Assembly (NCBI RefSeq): GCF_009914755.1
Contig: NC_060942.1
Direction: 5' to 3' (one strand)
Length of the DNA: 64,000 nucleotides
From: the human T2T-CHM13v2.0 reference genome, Homo sapiens
This document shows positions 1 through 18,224 of the stretch, one piece after another. Position 1 is the stretch's first letter; every line of letters begins with the position of its first letter. The position numbers were made by a program, and so were the translations under genes. A model generated the notes under the pieces. That model worked only from the letters and a program-made list of their open reading frames with translations, ran no database searches and was not told where the DNA came from.

Positions 1-3952
<3,952 letters not shown>

Positions 3953-4741
3953 TTCAGTTTTTCTTGGGAGAATGGTTTTGAAATATCACAAGATGTTTCC
4001 CAGTCATTACCTAAGACATCATCACCACAGCACCCAGGGTTTTCTTTAGTTTTACTTTCTCAAAAGTTTGGATACCATTTACTTCTGGATGAGAACCATT
4101 CCTTTTAAGCCAAAGATTTAATAGGCACAGAGTGAATGGTTGTGTTTGTCATATCCACAGTAGATCTAAAAAGGCTCAAATGTAAGAATTTATCTCTCCT
4201 GAGAAGACGGTGGTAGAAATTGACAGGCATATAGTATCTCCACCATTTTTTAACTAAGCAAATACTTTACAGTGTGGGTAACTCCTAGTTAGAACACACG
4301 ATTTTGTTACATAATAGCCAGTTTACGTACAACCTAAAAGCAATACTTTGGACCACACAGCTATGCTTCATTGTGATGTTCTGTGACCCAAACTGGTTTC
4401 CAAGCTGCTGTGAATGCGTCTCCCATTTTCTTGTATGACTGTCCTGCATTCCACAAAGCCAAAAAAGAAAAAAGTGGATTTATGTATAGAAGTGCCCCCA
4501 AACCCAATATGTATGTGCTTGTAGGCCTAAACTTATTATAAGCTTTGGAAAACCTAGAATGAGAGCTCCTGAACAGTTGTAGCTTTCCAAGCTGTGCCAG
4601 TATGGGCTTCCGCTCCCTGGTTGACTCCCGTTTTCCATGGGAGTCCTTTTATGTAGTTTTCCTTCTTAAGGAAAGAGAGAGGAGAATAGAAAAGGTGACA
4701 ATGGTATGAGACGTGGTCCCTCTTGCCTTCAAGATATTTTA

Positions 4742-5071
<330 letters not shown>

Positions 5072-5449
5072 TCAAGTCACTTGTTCCTGTTTTTAAAATA
5101 GCATGCTGAGGGATTTGGTCATATCATTAGCCCAGACATAGCCTGACAAGACCAGCCCTTGTGTAATGAGATTGGTTTGAGGTAGGAACTGTACTTGCTT
5201 TCTATGATGGGCAAGAGGAGACCCCAGGCTCTGGATGGGAAGCTGAAGGCTGACCAAGGGTGGATGAGGCAGAGGGCCTGCGAAGGGGACTCCACAGAGG
5301 CCACACGCAGGACAAGAGCAGCACTCTACTCCAGGCTTCATCCATCGTATGGAGGTCTGTGGTCATTTCACCCATTCATCTTGCTCCTCTGGAGAACCCA
5401 AACCCCGGAAACCACAAAGGGAATCGACTGCTGCTTCACAGGAAGGGTT

Positions 5450-5509
5450 TCATTCATGGTCACATTTCTTTACTGAAAAAGATGGGTATATTGAAGCGTT
5501 GACTGCCTC
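5450..5509 (-). pseudogene. Relict terminal coding exon equivalent to SELENOI exon 10
   Basis: Acceptor cttcctgtttcttcttgag; RQ-(deletion)-QRFNIPIF(+1 T)SVKKCDHE-TGA versus [22 protein letters not shown]. TGA at 5450-5452. Confidence 0.75.
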
Positions 5510-5698
5510 CTCAAGAAGAAACAGGAAGTGATCATTACCAAACAGAGGCTCCCTTTAAATTTAAAATATGTAGCCAAGAAAGAGGCTAACACTACCTAAG
5601 AAAGACCCCAATTAAATGTTTAAGCTAAAAAAAGCAGAGGGTTGGGGATAGGGCATGTTTTTGTTTTGTCTTCCAATTTCAGTGTTTTTAAAGGCTGA

Positions 5699-6007
<309 letters not shown>

Positions 6008-6308
6008 CATCTAACGATCTTTAAGTTATTCTAATGGAGCTCTATAGAGAGGGGTATTCTGAATCCATTAAGTTAGGTCTTGCCTTAATCCAAAAAAATA
6101 AACTAAAGCTGTCTGCATATTTTTAAGGCAGTATATTACATATAAATGAGGAAATCAGCATGAAGGGAAAGTAAGGCAGGAGGGAAAAGACAAAGCCAGA
6201 GGTAAAGTTAGGAGCCTTACACATGCCCTGAGGTCTTCTAGACTTTACTAGGACTAAAGGAGAAAAAATGACCTCTGTGCTTCCTAGTAGCCAACAGAGA
6301 GGAAAGTA

Positions 6309-6720
6309 CAACCAGCCCTCTGTATCTGAAGGGTCTACATCTACAGATCAACCATGTATCAAAAATATTTTTAAATAAATAGAAAATAATACAAATTTTT
6401 AAAAAATACAATATTAGAACTACATATAGTCCCTGATATACAATGGTTAAACTTACAATTTTTGGTCTTTATGATGAGTTTATCAGGATATTGAATGCAT
6501 TTTCAACTTATGAAATTTTTGACTTAAAAATGTGTTTATTGAGAAGCAACCTCATTATAAGTGAGAGCATCTGTACTTAACATTTACATCGCATTAGGTA
6601 TTATAAGTAATCTAGATATGATTTAAAGTATATGGGAGAATGTGTGAGGGTTGTATGCAAATACCATACCAGTTTTTACTAGGGACTTGAACATCCGTGG
6701 ATTTTGGTATTTGCAGGAGC
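6309..6720 (-). mobile_element. MER2-like (TcMar-Tigger) fossil with a nested MER47/Tigger5-like piece at ~6423-6575
   Basis: cagccctctgtatctgaagggtc...aaaatatt and ggacttgaacatccgtggattttggtat match MER2 reversed. The inner segment ends gagcatctgta, like a Tigger5 TIR. Confidence 0.65.
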
Positions 6721-7828
6721 AGTGTGTGTGCGGATGGGGGTGGGTGGAGGAGGGGTCCTGTTTAAACAAATCAGTTACTTGGGAGCACAGATATTTCTTG
6801 GCGTTACCTCCTAGGAAGAAATTGAATGATGTAGGGAGCCTGACCTCAACAACATCTCACAGCAAATACAGTAACACTGTAATAGGACTGCTTCCAACTA
6901 TCCCTGATGATATAATGCCAAGATGTGGTTCAGTCGAAAGCAATCTACCAGGGACTGGAGCTGTCTGTGCATGTAAACAGCTCCTGGGAGGTCGGGCTTC
7001 ATCCCAGGATAAACTATAGAATCATAGGGCAGTGATGGGGGCGAGGGGAAGGGTACTGCAAGTGCTACTCCCTGCAGCCTAAGTTTAGTAAATACTGAAT
7101 GGCAGTGTGACCTTGGCAACTACTAAAGGACAGACACTGAATGCTGCTGATCAACACCCGGTTCCTTTCCCAACAGTCAGCACATGGAGGGGAGGGGCTG
7201 TTCTCAGGCTACAGGCTGAGGAGCCCGGCCAGGCCACAAGCCACAGGCCACCCCACCCCTGGCAGGTGGGAGGAGGGGTGCCACGGTCCGGGTCACACTT
7301 TTCCCCAGAAGCATCATAAGGGTTTGACTTTTGTGAGTCTGTTTTGCGTTTGGTTTTGGTTTTTCAATTATCCTTGGCAATTCACTGATAGGGAAATTTT
7401 CAGTGTAGATTATAGATATGAAGCTATTAGCTGTTCCACACTCCTGTAAGCCTTAAAATTGTCCTGGAGAAAGCCCACTGACAGATGGTATGCTTCCTAA
7501 GTCAAAACACAAGTCTGTAGGGGAAAAGAGAGTATTTTAATAAAAATCTTATTATATCTATAAAACCCTTTACAGGTTGCAAAATGGCTTCAAAGATGAT
7601 AATTATTAGAGGAGAAAGAGAACAGGCTTTGAAAATTACCTAACTGGATTCCAATTCCAGCTACACCACTTCTACCTGTGTCCTTTTAAATAAATTACAC
7701 ATAATTTCTGAGCCTCAGTTTCCTCATCTGAACATATAGATGATACCTACCTTGCACAGTTGTTTTGAAAAATAAGTGAAGATGGTGTGTATAAAGTACC
7801 TTGCACATAGTCGATACTTAATAAATGG

Positions 7829-8404
<576 letters not shown>

Positions 8405-8540
8405 GAAAGAAGAAAGGAAAAGAAAGGAAGGGAAAGGAAGAGAAGGGAGGGGAGGGGAGGGGAGGGGAGGGGAGGGGAAGGGAAGGGAAGGGAAGGGAAA
8501 AAGAAAGGAATGGAAAAGGAAAAGGAAAGGACAAAGAAAG
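8405..8540 (+). repeat. Purine-rich (GGAAG/GGAGG/GAAAA)n tract
   Basis: Almost purely A/G for ~135 bp, derived from the Alu tail. Confidence 0.9.
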
Positions 8541-8987
8541 CAAAGTTAGCTATTACTACTAATTTTGGCTTCAATAGCAATCCTGTGAGGGAGGTAGTAC
8601 AGATATTACTGATATTATAATAATAATCTTCTTAGCCTGATGCTAAACATTTCAACACCGCCCACTGCTTTCACTGCCCTGCAGCAAGAGCAGTCCTAGG
8701 CAGCCATATGTTACGTGGTTCAGAGTGGGCGTCTAACCCAGGGCCAGTCAGTATTAGGGTTTTCAAGTGACCACATGGTCTGCCTCTCTGATGGCAATTA
8801 GATCCTCCCTCTGCTCTCCCCTTCCCTCTCATTTGCACTAAGGATTGAGAACCTTAGCAGTGAATACCAGAGCTTGAAAGGATGCACAGGGAACGAAGCC
8901 ACGAGGAAGGATCACAGCATGCTGATGTTATATATGAGCAGTTGCTCTGAAATAGAAAAAAGGTGAAAGTGGTCAAAAGAAAAGAGA

Positions 8988-9292
8988 GGCCTGGGCACAG
9001 GGACTCCCACCTGTAATCCCAGCACTTTGGGAGGCTGAGGCAGGAGGATTGCTTGAGGCTAGGAGTCTGAGACCAGCAATGTCAACATAGCAAGACCCTG
9101 TTTCTACAAAAAATGTAAAAATTAGCTGGGTGTGGTGATGCACACCTGTAGTCCTAGCTACTTGGGAGGCTGAGGCAGGAGGATGGCTTGAGCACAGGAG
9201 ATTGAGGCTGCAGTGAGCTATGATTGTGCCACTGCACTTCAGCCTGGGAAGCAGAGCAAGACCCTGTCTCTAAAAAAAAAAAAGAAGAAAAA
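8988..9292 (+). mobile_element. AluJ
   Basis: Diverged dimeric Alu with polyA. Confidence 0.9.
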
Positions 9293-9509
9293 GCAAACAC
9301 TCAGGAAAGAACCAAGGAAGGTTTTAAATACGATTTTCTGGAATCTAGTTGACCAGATTTATAGAGCTCACATTTATGTGTAATTAACATAAGTCAGAGG
9401 TAACTTAAATGAGTCGCTTCCTTGCAACCCAAGACATTCTCATGAAGTGAGGTTCTCGAAAGGGAATAACTTTCCCAAGTTGATAGAACAGAAGGGACCT
9501 TCAAGACAA

Positions 9510-9770
9510 TCCAATACCAAGCCCAGCTGAGCACCTAGATGACAGCTAGCATCACCTGCCAGGCCTGTGCGGGAAGAAGCCAACTTGGACATCCAGCCCC
9601 CTTGGGCCTTCAGATGACTCCGAGCATCTGTCCATCTGACAGCAACCACAGGAGAGACCTCAAGCAAGAACTGCCCCGCTATCCCATGGAACCATAAGAG
9701 AATAATAAATTGGTTCAAGTCACTAAGTTTAGGGTGGCTTCTTGTGACACAGCAATAGATAACTAGAACA
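9510..9770 (+). mobile_element. MLT1-type MaLR LTR fragment
   Basis: 3' end aataaattggttcaagtcactaagttt...cagcaatagataactagaaca is typical of MLT1. Confidence 0.7.
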
Positions 9771-10598
9771 ATGTAGTTGACAGTGAAGGATAGATTTCAT
9801 TTTGTTATTTTATACAGGCATTTTGCAAAAAGAATGTGAATTGAGTCACATTTATGCTGTAACAGCTGTGAAATAATTTGAGCATATCACTTTGGTGAGC
9901 TTCATAAAATTAAGTGTAAAATGAGGGAATGAGACTAGGTAATCTTTGACATCCCTTCTGGCACTTAAAAATTCTGATTCCCAATAAACTACACAATGAA
10001 AAACAACATGGCCCCCAGGGGATAGTTACCTGAGCTAGGCAGAACTTTCCTACCCTAGAAGCGGAGGATAGGAGGGGTGGGGAGCAGGAGGATAGGAATC
10101 AAATGCAAGTATTTTTTATAGGCTGCTTCCCAGCACATAGTAGATGCCCAAAAAAGTTGTTTGAATGAAATGTCCCTTTCCTGGGTGCTTTGATTTAATT
10201 TGTTTTTCTCACTCAGTTATTTGATCTGAGGTCACTTCCCATGCAAATGAAATAAGAAAGAGGAATCAGAAACACAGACAGGTCCTAAGTGAATTTTTGA
10301 CATAAATGAGTTTTTAAATGATCTCCATGTTGTTCCTTCACTCTCCTCTATCGACTTGTACTGAAGTTCCCAGAGTGTTCCAGGCAATGGGCATGTCTAA
10401 GTAACCTGTTGCCTCTTGGGTTATCCCACTCAGGGGGCTGAGCAGGTGGAAGCCACAGAGAAGTCACACATTATATACAACACTCATTCTTCATACAACC
10501 CCGTCTCTGCAATAAGGAAGTGGCCACATCTGCCTCCACCTCATCTGTGGCACTTTATTTTCCACTTCCTGAAAAGAAACAAAGCATCATATATTTAC

Positions 10599-10768
10599 CA
10601 TGCACACTGTCATGGCCATTACTCAGTTTGTGATGCAATGGATGGGACAAGTGTCAACTCCTCCAGCCTTTCCAGAGACCCTGTAACTGCAGAGAGGACC
10701 ACAGGGCCAGGAGAAACAGGGCCAGTGAGAGACTCTGATGTCACTCCTCAGACCAACATCACTCTGCG
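10599..10768 (-). pseudogene. Relict exon equivalent to SELENOI exon 9
   Basis: Acceptor ttgtttgctgttgaacag; RRVM...SES-HWP-FLLAL-VLSAVTGSLERLEELTLV...HDSV with several frameshifts; donor gtaaat. It resembles [33 protein letters not shown]...AHIHYGV, with weaker similarity than exons 5 and 8. Confidence 0.65.
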
Positions 10769-11458
10769 CTGTTCAACAGCAAACAAGCACATACTATGAT
10801 GACAAGGGAGGTAACTAGGCTAAAAAAAGCTCATTAAAAATCAACTTTATCTATAAAAATTTCCTCTTCTTCCTGCCCTGCTCTCTCCCCACAACTTCCT
10901 TCTCCTGAAAATACCTTCGTTAAACTAAGGACTAGAAAACCTGGGTTATTTCCAAAGGGAAGGTCATGGGAAACGCTTCCTTTGGACAGTTTTCTTCATT
11001 GGTTATAATTTAAAAAACAGCTCAGGGGTAATTTAAAACACATATTTTACTGGACATGCTGTTCACTTTCAACACAGAAATCATGCTATATACCTTTCTC
11101 CGTATTCCCAACTTCTGAATATCCAAGGAGGAAATCCAGTCATTGCCTCATTCATGAGGATAATGGCTCCCAATTGCCCAGTGAGAACCCATAGCACACT
11201 CTGCTTTAGCCACCTCTAATGATAACTAAGGCAGTGACCCACTGATGGTCTATTCTCTGCTCCTTCCGACATGCACTGAGTCATTCTTCTACCAGCACAG
11301 TGAGTAAGGACTCGTATTTTAAGTGTGCAAGTTGTTGGGTTATTTACTGAAACTTACTCAGCTTCCTTCTCTGGAACCTAGAGACAATAGCAGTAGTCTT
11401 GTTGTATGCCCACAGCCTGGTATACAATAGGTGCTCAATGAATAATAGTGTCATACAT

Positions 11459-11740
11459 GTGCAGGGCACAGTGTCTCATGCCTGTAATCACAGTGCTTTG
11501 GGAGGCTGAGGCAGGAGTATTGCTTGAGGCCAGGAGCTGGCCAACTAGCCTGGGCAACGTAGTGAGATCCCATCTCTAAAAATACAATAATAATAATAAT
11601 AATAATCAACTAGCCAGTCATGGTGGCATGCACCTGTAGTCCTAGCTACTCTGAAGGCTGAGCCAGAGGTTCAAGGCTGCAGTGAGCCTTGATCAAGCCA
11701 TTGCACTGCAGCCTGAGTGATCTCTTAAAAAAAAAAAAAG
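11459..11740 (+). mobile_element. AluJ
   Basis: Diverged Alu with (AAT)n linker. Confidence 0.85.
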
Positions 11741-11807
11741 TTACATACATGAGCACAGTGTATAATTAACTACCTACATATAATTACTAGTGAGATTATT
11801 TAGCTAA

Positions 11808-11952
11808 TTTCTTTTCTTTTCTTTTTTTTTTAATAGAGACAGGGGTCTCACTATTGTTTAGGCTGGTCTTAAACTCCTGGCCTCAAACAATCCTTTCACC
11901 TCAGCCTTCCAAAGTGCAGAGATTACAGGTGTGAGCCACTGCACCTGACCCG
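11808..11952 (-). mobile_element. Alu monomer (FLAM-like)
   Basis: Left-arm Alu sequence with polyT. Confidence 0.8.
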
Positions 11953-13244
11953 TTTGGCTAATTTCTAACCTTTTACTGCTAAACTCCATGCACCATCACC
12001 ATGTAGACTATGTCTGCCTGGCTCACCATCCTATCCTTAGCAACTAGCACACTTAACTAATACAAAGAAGGTGCACAATATACTTATGAATGAATGGAAT
12101 GAAAAGTGCCTAGATGTAAGGTTGCTAAGAGGATGTAATAAAATAATACATGCAAAGAGCTTATTATTGTGCCTGGCACATAGTTGTACATTGTTGCCTA
12201 CTGCAATTAGTGGTGGTGATGGTGGTATTGGTATAATTTCTCTCAGTCCATACCCAAACTAAAGTGTGATGTGCAAGAGAGATACTCTCTCTGTTCTCCA
12301 GAGACAGCCACCCAGAGATAGCCCCTATTCTACTGCTCCTTATTAGGCCCCCAGCACAACCATTAGCACTTCTAGCTCTAAATTCCTGCCTCCCCTTCCC
12401 ACAGTTCATCCGCCTGCCATATATTCAACTTTCTAATGTATGTTGAGTCCCCAGAAGAATAAAGACTTTCATGGCTAACTGCTAGGTGGTAAGCTTTCTG
12501 CGCAACACTAGGCACTGGATCTACAGTGCTTTTTGGATCTACACATGGTCTCTTTTGACAGAAGTGGATTGGAGATCATCAGTCACCTACTATTGTTTTA
12601 GAAGTCAGAAGTACCTTGCCTCAGGTCACTACACATTTCTTCTGAAGGGGTTAGATCTTCTCTTTTAACACATTATGTTGTGATTGCTGGTGCTGAAGAC
12701 TGTGTTCACCCTAGGGCATGATTTTAGGGGTGGGACCATTTTGTCCACGAATTTAATGTCCCCAGCACCTAGCAGTTTTGAGCACATAACAGAACTTGGT
12801 TTACCAAATAAAAATAAAAGAGAGAAGGGAAAAGGTGCAGTGGTGAAGTTTAACATCAGAGTTATTTCCTGTATATTCATTTTTCTCTCCATTAACACAG
12901 AGAACAAAAATTTAATTTTACATCAGAGAAAATTTACAATCCAGGTGGTCAGAACAAGAGAGATGAAAATGCAGAATTGCAGAGAGCCATGAAGCGTAAC
13001 TTGACTCTCATGAGCATGGAAGTTTAACATCATGACTTTTAAAAATCTGTCATTTAACATATGATGTGTTTTCAAGCTTCAGAGACTGAATTCCATCAAT
13101 GAATATTATATTCTGACTGCATGCTTGTGTTTGATTTTGAACTTTCCTTATATAAACCTCAAAACCAAAATTGAAAAGCCGTGTACAAGAAAAATAAAAT
13201 GTCAAGTTAGAAAAAGATTTAGCAACACTGTACATCAATGATTT

Positions 13245-13450
13245 CAAATGTGATTCTGAGACCCTTGGGGAGTCCCCAAGAGCTTATTAGGAAATCTTCC
13301 AAGTCAAAATTATTTTCCCAATGAGCCTGAGATGTTATTTGCCTTTTTCATTCTTATTCTTTCACCAGTGTACAGTGGATCTTTTCCAAGGTTACGTGAG
13401 GTGTGATATCACAGCAAATAGTATGCAGAAGCAGATATCACAGTCCAACT
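13245..13450. mobile_element. hAT-Charlie-type DNA transposon fragment
   Basis: gtgtacagtggatcttttccaaggttacgtg...atgcagaagcagatat resembles recalled Charlie-family consensus. Confidence 0.5.
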
Positions 13451-14071
13451 GTCTAACAGTCCAACTGGCAGAAAAGTAGTGCTTCTAGCAGTCAAGAGCA
13501 GCCACGTTGAGATTGGTGAAGTCAATGAACCCAGTGCTGGATGGCAGGTACTAAAGGTGGAGATGTCCTGCCGATATCAAGATACAGAACTGCAGTGGAG
13601 GTGAGTGGTCAGAACCAGTGATGTGGATTTAAAGGTTAGTCCTCTGTAATGACAAGTAGCACCCCAGCAGTGAATAATCCTACGGAGTAATGAATGCAAA
13701 ACACGGAGCTGTCCAAGGCAGAAGCTGTGGGAACTGGCACATTTTGGAGCAGGAGATAAATAAGAACCTAGATGTTGGGAAAGACTCACTGAGCGACCAG
13801 CTATGCAGGGCCCTGAAAAAAGTACCTTGGCATGACATAGCTGATAGACAGAAGGAAGGACAAAAGAGAGAAAGATGGAAACCAGAGGGGACAGCTTCAA
13901 GGAAGATTAGTCAACAATATCAAAGTCACATGAAAGACGCGAATGGTAAATTCCGATAAGCTAATGGATTTGACAAGAATTGGGTCATTGTCAGCTTCAA
14001 AAGAGAATTTTTAGTAAAGTAATGAGGTCAAAACAGCACATGAAAACTGCATGGGGAAAAGTCTAAAAGCA

Positions 14072-14220
14072 GAGCCCAGCACGGTGGCTCAACTCTGTAA
14101 TCCTAGCACTTTGGGAGGCCGAGGCAGGAGGATTGCTTGAGCCCAGGAGATCCAGGCCACAGTGAGCTATGATGGCATCACTGCACTCCAGCCTGGACAA
14201 CAGCATGAGATCTTGTCTGT
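14072..14220 (+). mobile_element. Alu monomer (FAM-like or deleted Alu)
   Basis: Single-arm-length Alu sequence. Confidence 0.8.
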
Positions 14221-16223
14221 AAGTTTTAAAACTTTTTAAAAATAAAACCATCTAAAAGCAAAAGGAAAAAAATAAAAGGGATACAAAACCCAGGAAAGAA
14301 AGATTTTTGGTTTAAACCAAGACTGTATACGGACATGAAGGCAATCCCCAAGGACCTCAGAGCCACTGAAGGTGCTGAAGGCAAAGGGAGGGTACCAAGG
14401 TATCTTGTGGGTACCAGGACACAGACTCTTCTCTTAAAAACACCCTGCTCATAAGACTACTTCCTGGTCCATCAAAACAGAATCCTAAGGAATCCTATTA
14501 TTCACCAGTCAGCAAATATTAGGATGATGATGTAATGGTTAAAAGATCTACTCTAGTCAGATATCATTTAAAAGGCAACATTCAGATTTGAATAGGTCTT
14601 TTCTTGACATGAAGTACAAATAATAAAAATCCAAGTATCAGAATTTCATGTAGGAAAATAAATTGCTATGACAACCACAACTCAGTCTCCACAGAAAATA
14701 TAAATAGGAACCAGAATGAGAAAATTATAGAGAATTTTTTCTGATTTGGAAACAATTTCAACTATGATTCTTTAATGTTTTGCTCATTTGGCTCTAATAT
14801 GAGAACAAGAAAATATTCTTCTACTTCAATAGCTTCTTTGTATTACAAATTAAAATGACCAGACCAGCACGTATTGGAATGAAACTAGAAACCAACACCA
14901 TCTAGTGACTTACTCCACCAAGATACCCCTGTTCCCTTCACTGCTAACTTCTAATATTTAAAGGACCACACCTAAAATTAAAGAATAACTTGCATCAAAT
15001 GCATTATATTTATATTACAGGCCAAATAGTAAAAGCAGATAACAGGGGATATGAAATCACCGCATCTTCAACTGCCAGGTTATAAAGCTTCAAGTCAGTT
15101 GTAAAGGACCAAAGTTTCCTACCTTTTCTCCAGCATTTGCCTTTAACCATGACTATTCTGGACTCCTGCTATGAGGTTTGCTATTATTTGGATGACGAGA
15201 GAAGGCAGAGTAGGGCAGAGTCCAATATTCCCACTTCTCTCAGGATAACCAAGGCACTCCCTGGAGCCCACTCTCCCGAAGCCAGAACAACGAGACCTGC
15301 AAGCCCAGCTGGGGTCTCCAGGGATTCGATCTTTTGCACAGTGCTTTTGACTTAAGACATTTTCACTGCAAAGTGAGTGAGTGGGTTGCATATAGCTCTG
15401 TAATTAGCCAGGTTGTCCAATGCTGCCCAGGGCCCTTTAGAGTTCTGCCTCCGACCTGCCCTTGTATATGCCCTCTCTCAGTCCAGTGTCCTCAGATACA
15501 GTGCCCTCGTTTCAAGCCCAGTTTTTCTCTCCCTCCACTGGCATGCTTCTCATCTGGTCTGGCACCTTACTCAAGCTTTGGCCTCGATTCTGTCATTTAA
15601 TCATCCATGGCTCTGTGCTGTGCAGCTCACGGGCCAAGCCAGCCCTGCTCTTCCCCTAAATGCATCTCCAGCTCCAGGAATCTGTTTGGAACTTCAAGCC
15701 ACTTCCTTGTTGGGTGGAGTGGTTTGGACATGGAACAATTCTAACTACAGGCATTCTCCAACAGTACCGAGCTTCCTCCCATGGCGCCCAAGTTCAACAC
15801 CTTCCCAAACAGAAGGAAAATGATTCACTGATTCAGTGTGCCTGACAAAAACAATCAGTACATGAGAGAACTTTTGATGCTGCTATTGAACCATAAGGAG
15901 AATCATCCCCTGTATTAGCCAAACTAATTAAAATCTGTCAGTTATGCCATAATAAATAAATTATAAATTAAAACACTAGTGTCACCATATTCAGAGTATA
16001 TTTTGATAGATCTTCCATAAATAAACTTACATAACTTGTAATCATTAGCAGGTACAAATGTCAAAACATACAGGTCATCCGAATTAAGTTCAAGTTCTAT
16101 GAATCCAAGATCTTTAGTTTTGAGAATCTTCTACATACCAACCCATATAAACTCCAAGTCTTAATATAGGATCATCAAAGCTCAGGGCATCCTAAGATAA
16201 CTTCAGCCATCCCTAGCACCTGA

Positions 16224-16447
16224 AGGCCTGGGCAACATAGTAAGATCCCCATCTTTACTAAAAATTGAAAAAAAAAAAACACCCAAATAGCTAGTTGTGG
16301 TGGCATGCGCCTGTGGTCCCAGCTACTCAGGAGGCAGAGGTGGAAGGATTGCTTGAGCCTGGAGTTTAAGGCTGCAGCGTACCATGACAGTGCCACTGCA
16401 CTCCAGCCTGGGAAACAGAGTGAGACTCTGTCTCAAAAAAGAAAAAA
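16224..16447 (+). mobile_element. 5'-truncated AluJ
   Basis: End of the left arm, linker, right arm and polyA. Confidence 0.85.
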
Positions 16448-16581
16448 GATAGATAGCTAATAAATATGCAAGGTATATTCTGCCTGGATTTATCAAAGCA
16501 AGCCTGGTTCAAGGATTCACATCAAACTTTGGAGGAGCCTTTGCCAGGGAAATGACAGTAGTGAGGCCTTGAGATCCTTAC

Positions 16582-16731
16582 TGACATTGGAGAAAACAAC
16601 ACCGGATATGAATATAAACATGGGATAAAGCCAAACATAAAGTAAGGACAAAAAACAAGAAGGCAGGAGACACCAAAGGGAGCAAAGCTTCCTGCAACCT
16701 ATCTCTCTTCAGGCTTTTCTACAGATATGCC
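16582..16731 (-). pseudogene. Relict exon equivalent to SELENOI exon 8
   Basis: Acceptor tttctctttgcag, then AYL*KSLKRDRLQEALLPLVSPAFLFFVLTLCLALS [~30-nt deletion] MFIFISGVVFSNV, donor gtaagg. SELENOI reads [36 protein letters not shown]...VFYFMVGTAFANST. In-frame TAG at 16719-16721. Confidence 0.88.
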
Positions 16732-16792
16732 CTGCAAAGAGAAACATAGAAATTGGCATTAGAAGACTTTCTAGTGATCATGCTAACTCTCA

Positions 16793-17348
<556 letters not shown>

Positions 17349-17639
17349 CTAAGGCAGCAGGCCCGGCTGGGAACTACAGTTTGTCTTATGAAAGATCCCT
17401 CTTACTGGACACAGAACCTATGTCAAGCAGAATTTCATGAGATTCAGTGTCTTTTTTTTTTTTTTTAAACACACCATTGCTGGCTTGAAGGCTATGTCTT
17501 TTTCCAGAAGATCTAAGACGGAAACTGTGCCACACAGCTAGTGAGTTTCACAGCTGAGCTTCAAATTCAGCCCGATCAGAACCAACAGCTCCTTTTTCCT
17601 CTAGTCCCTTCTATTTTACCTTTTTAGGTTTAAATTTAC

Positions 17640-17688
17640 CCGTAAATGCTGTGCAAAGTCTGCATAAAGGCAAGAAATGCACAGCAAG
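17640..17688 (-). pseudogene. Relict exon equivalent to SELENOI exon 7 (49 nt, phase 1-2)
   Basis: Strong acceptor gtttttttttctgtcag, 49 nt, donor gtaaat. It reads (x)CCAFLAFMQTLHSIY(G) versus GCALCVTLPMSLLNFFR and splices in phase to the next relict exon. Confidence 0.8.
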
Positions 17689-18141
17689 CTGACAGAAAAA
17701 AAACAGACATTTATAAATGAAGAGTTGTTTTAATTCCACAATAAGTTGTACCATAGTAAAAACAACAGAAATATTTTACTGTCTTATTATAACATAATAT
17801 AGTTCGTGACTAGACACACTAAATTGCTCCCTGTAGCAGTAATGGCATCACTAACATAATAATTGGTGGTGTTATACATATATGTTATTTTAGAAGTACC
17901 AGCTACAGGTTGTTAAGGTTTTTTAAAACCAGATGCCCAGCATTCCTAATGAGAACATGATAGAAATCTTAAATTTCAAAGAAAATGTCAATGCCAAAAC
18001 AATAAATAATTTTAAATGTTCCTCCCACAGAATACTGATTCTACATACCATGGCCAAGTGTACACATGTAATCATTAGCAGGTTCACGGGCGCACAATGG
18101 ACCAGATGCGAATGGGACTCTAAATCGCTCATTTAAGAATT

Positions 18142-18224
18142 CTGCACATGTACCCCAGAACTTAAAGTATAATAAATAAATAAACTTAAAAAATAAAAAT
18201 AATAAAAAAAAGTTTTTTTAAAAA
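18142..18224 (+). mobile_element. Very short L1PA 3' end with polyA
   Basis: ctgcacatgtaccccagaacttaaagtataataaa followed by an A-rich tail. Confidence 0.8.

Noticed and set aside
4335-4372. ATGA-containing hairpin on the minus strand downstream of the Sec-register TGA, as a candidate SECIS
   Set aside because: AAA lies 18 nt after ATGA rather than 11-13, and there is no 3' GA to complete the non-Watson-Crick quartet.
4331-4443. Exon-like minus-strand segment with an acceptor, a GT and one open frame
   Set aside because: No recognisable protein similarity, and it lies beyond the terminal coding exon; no transcript evidence is available.
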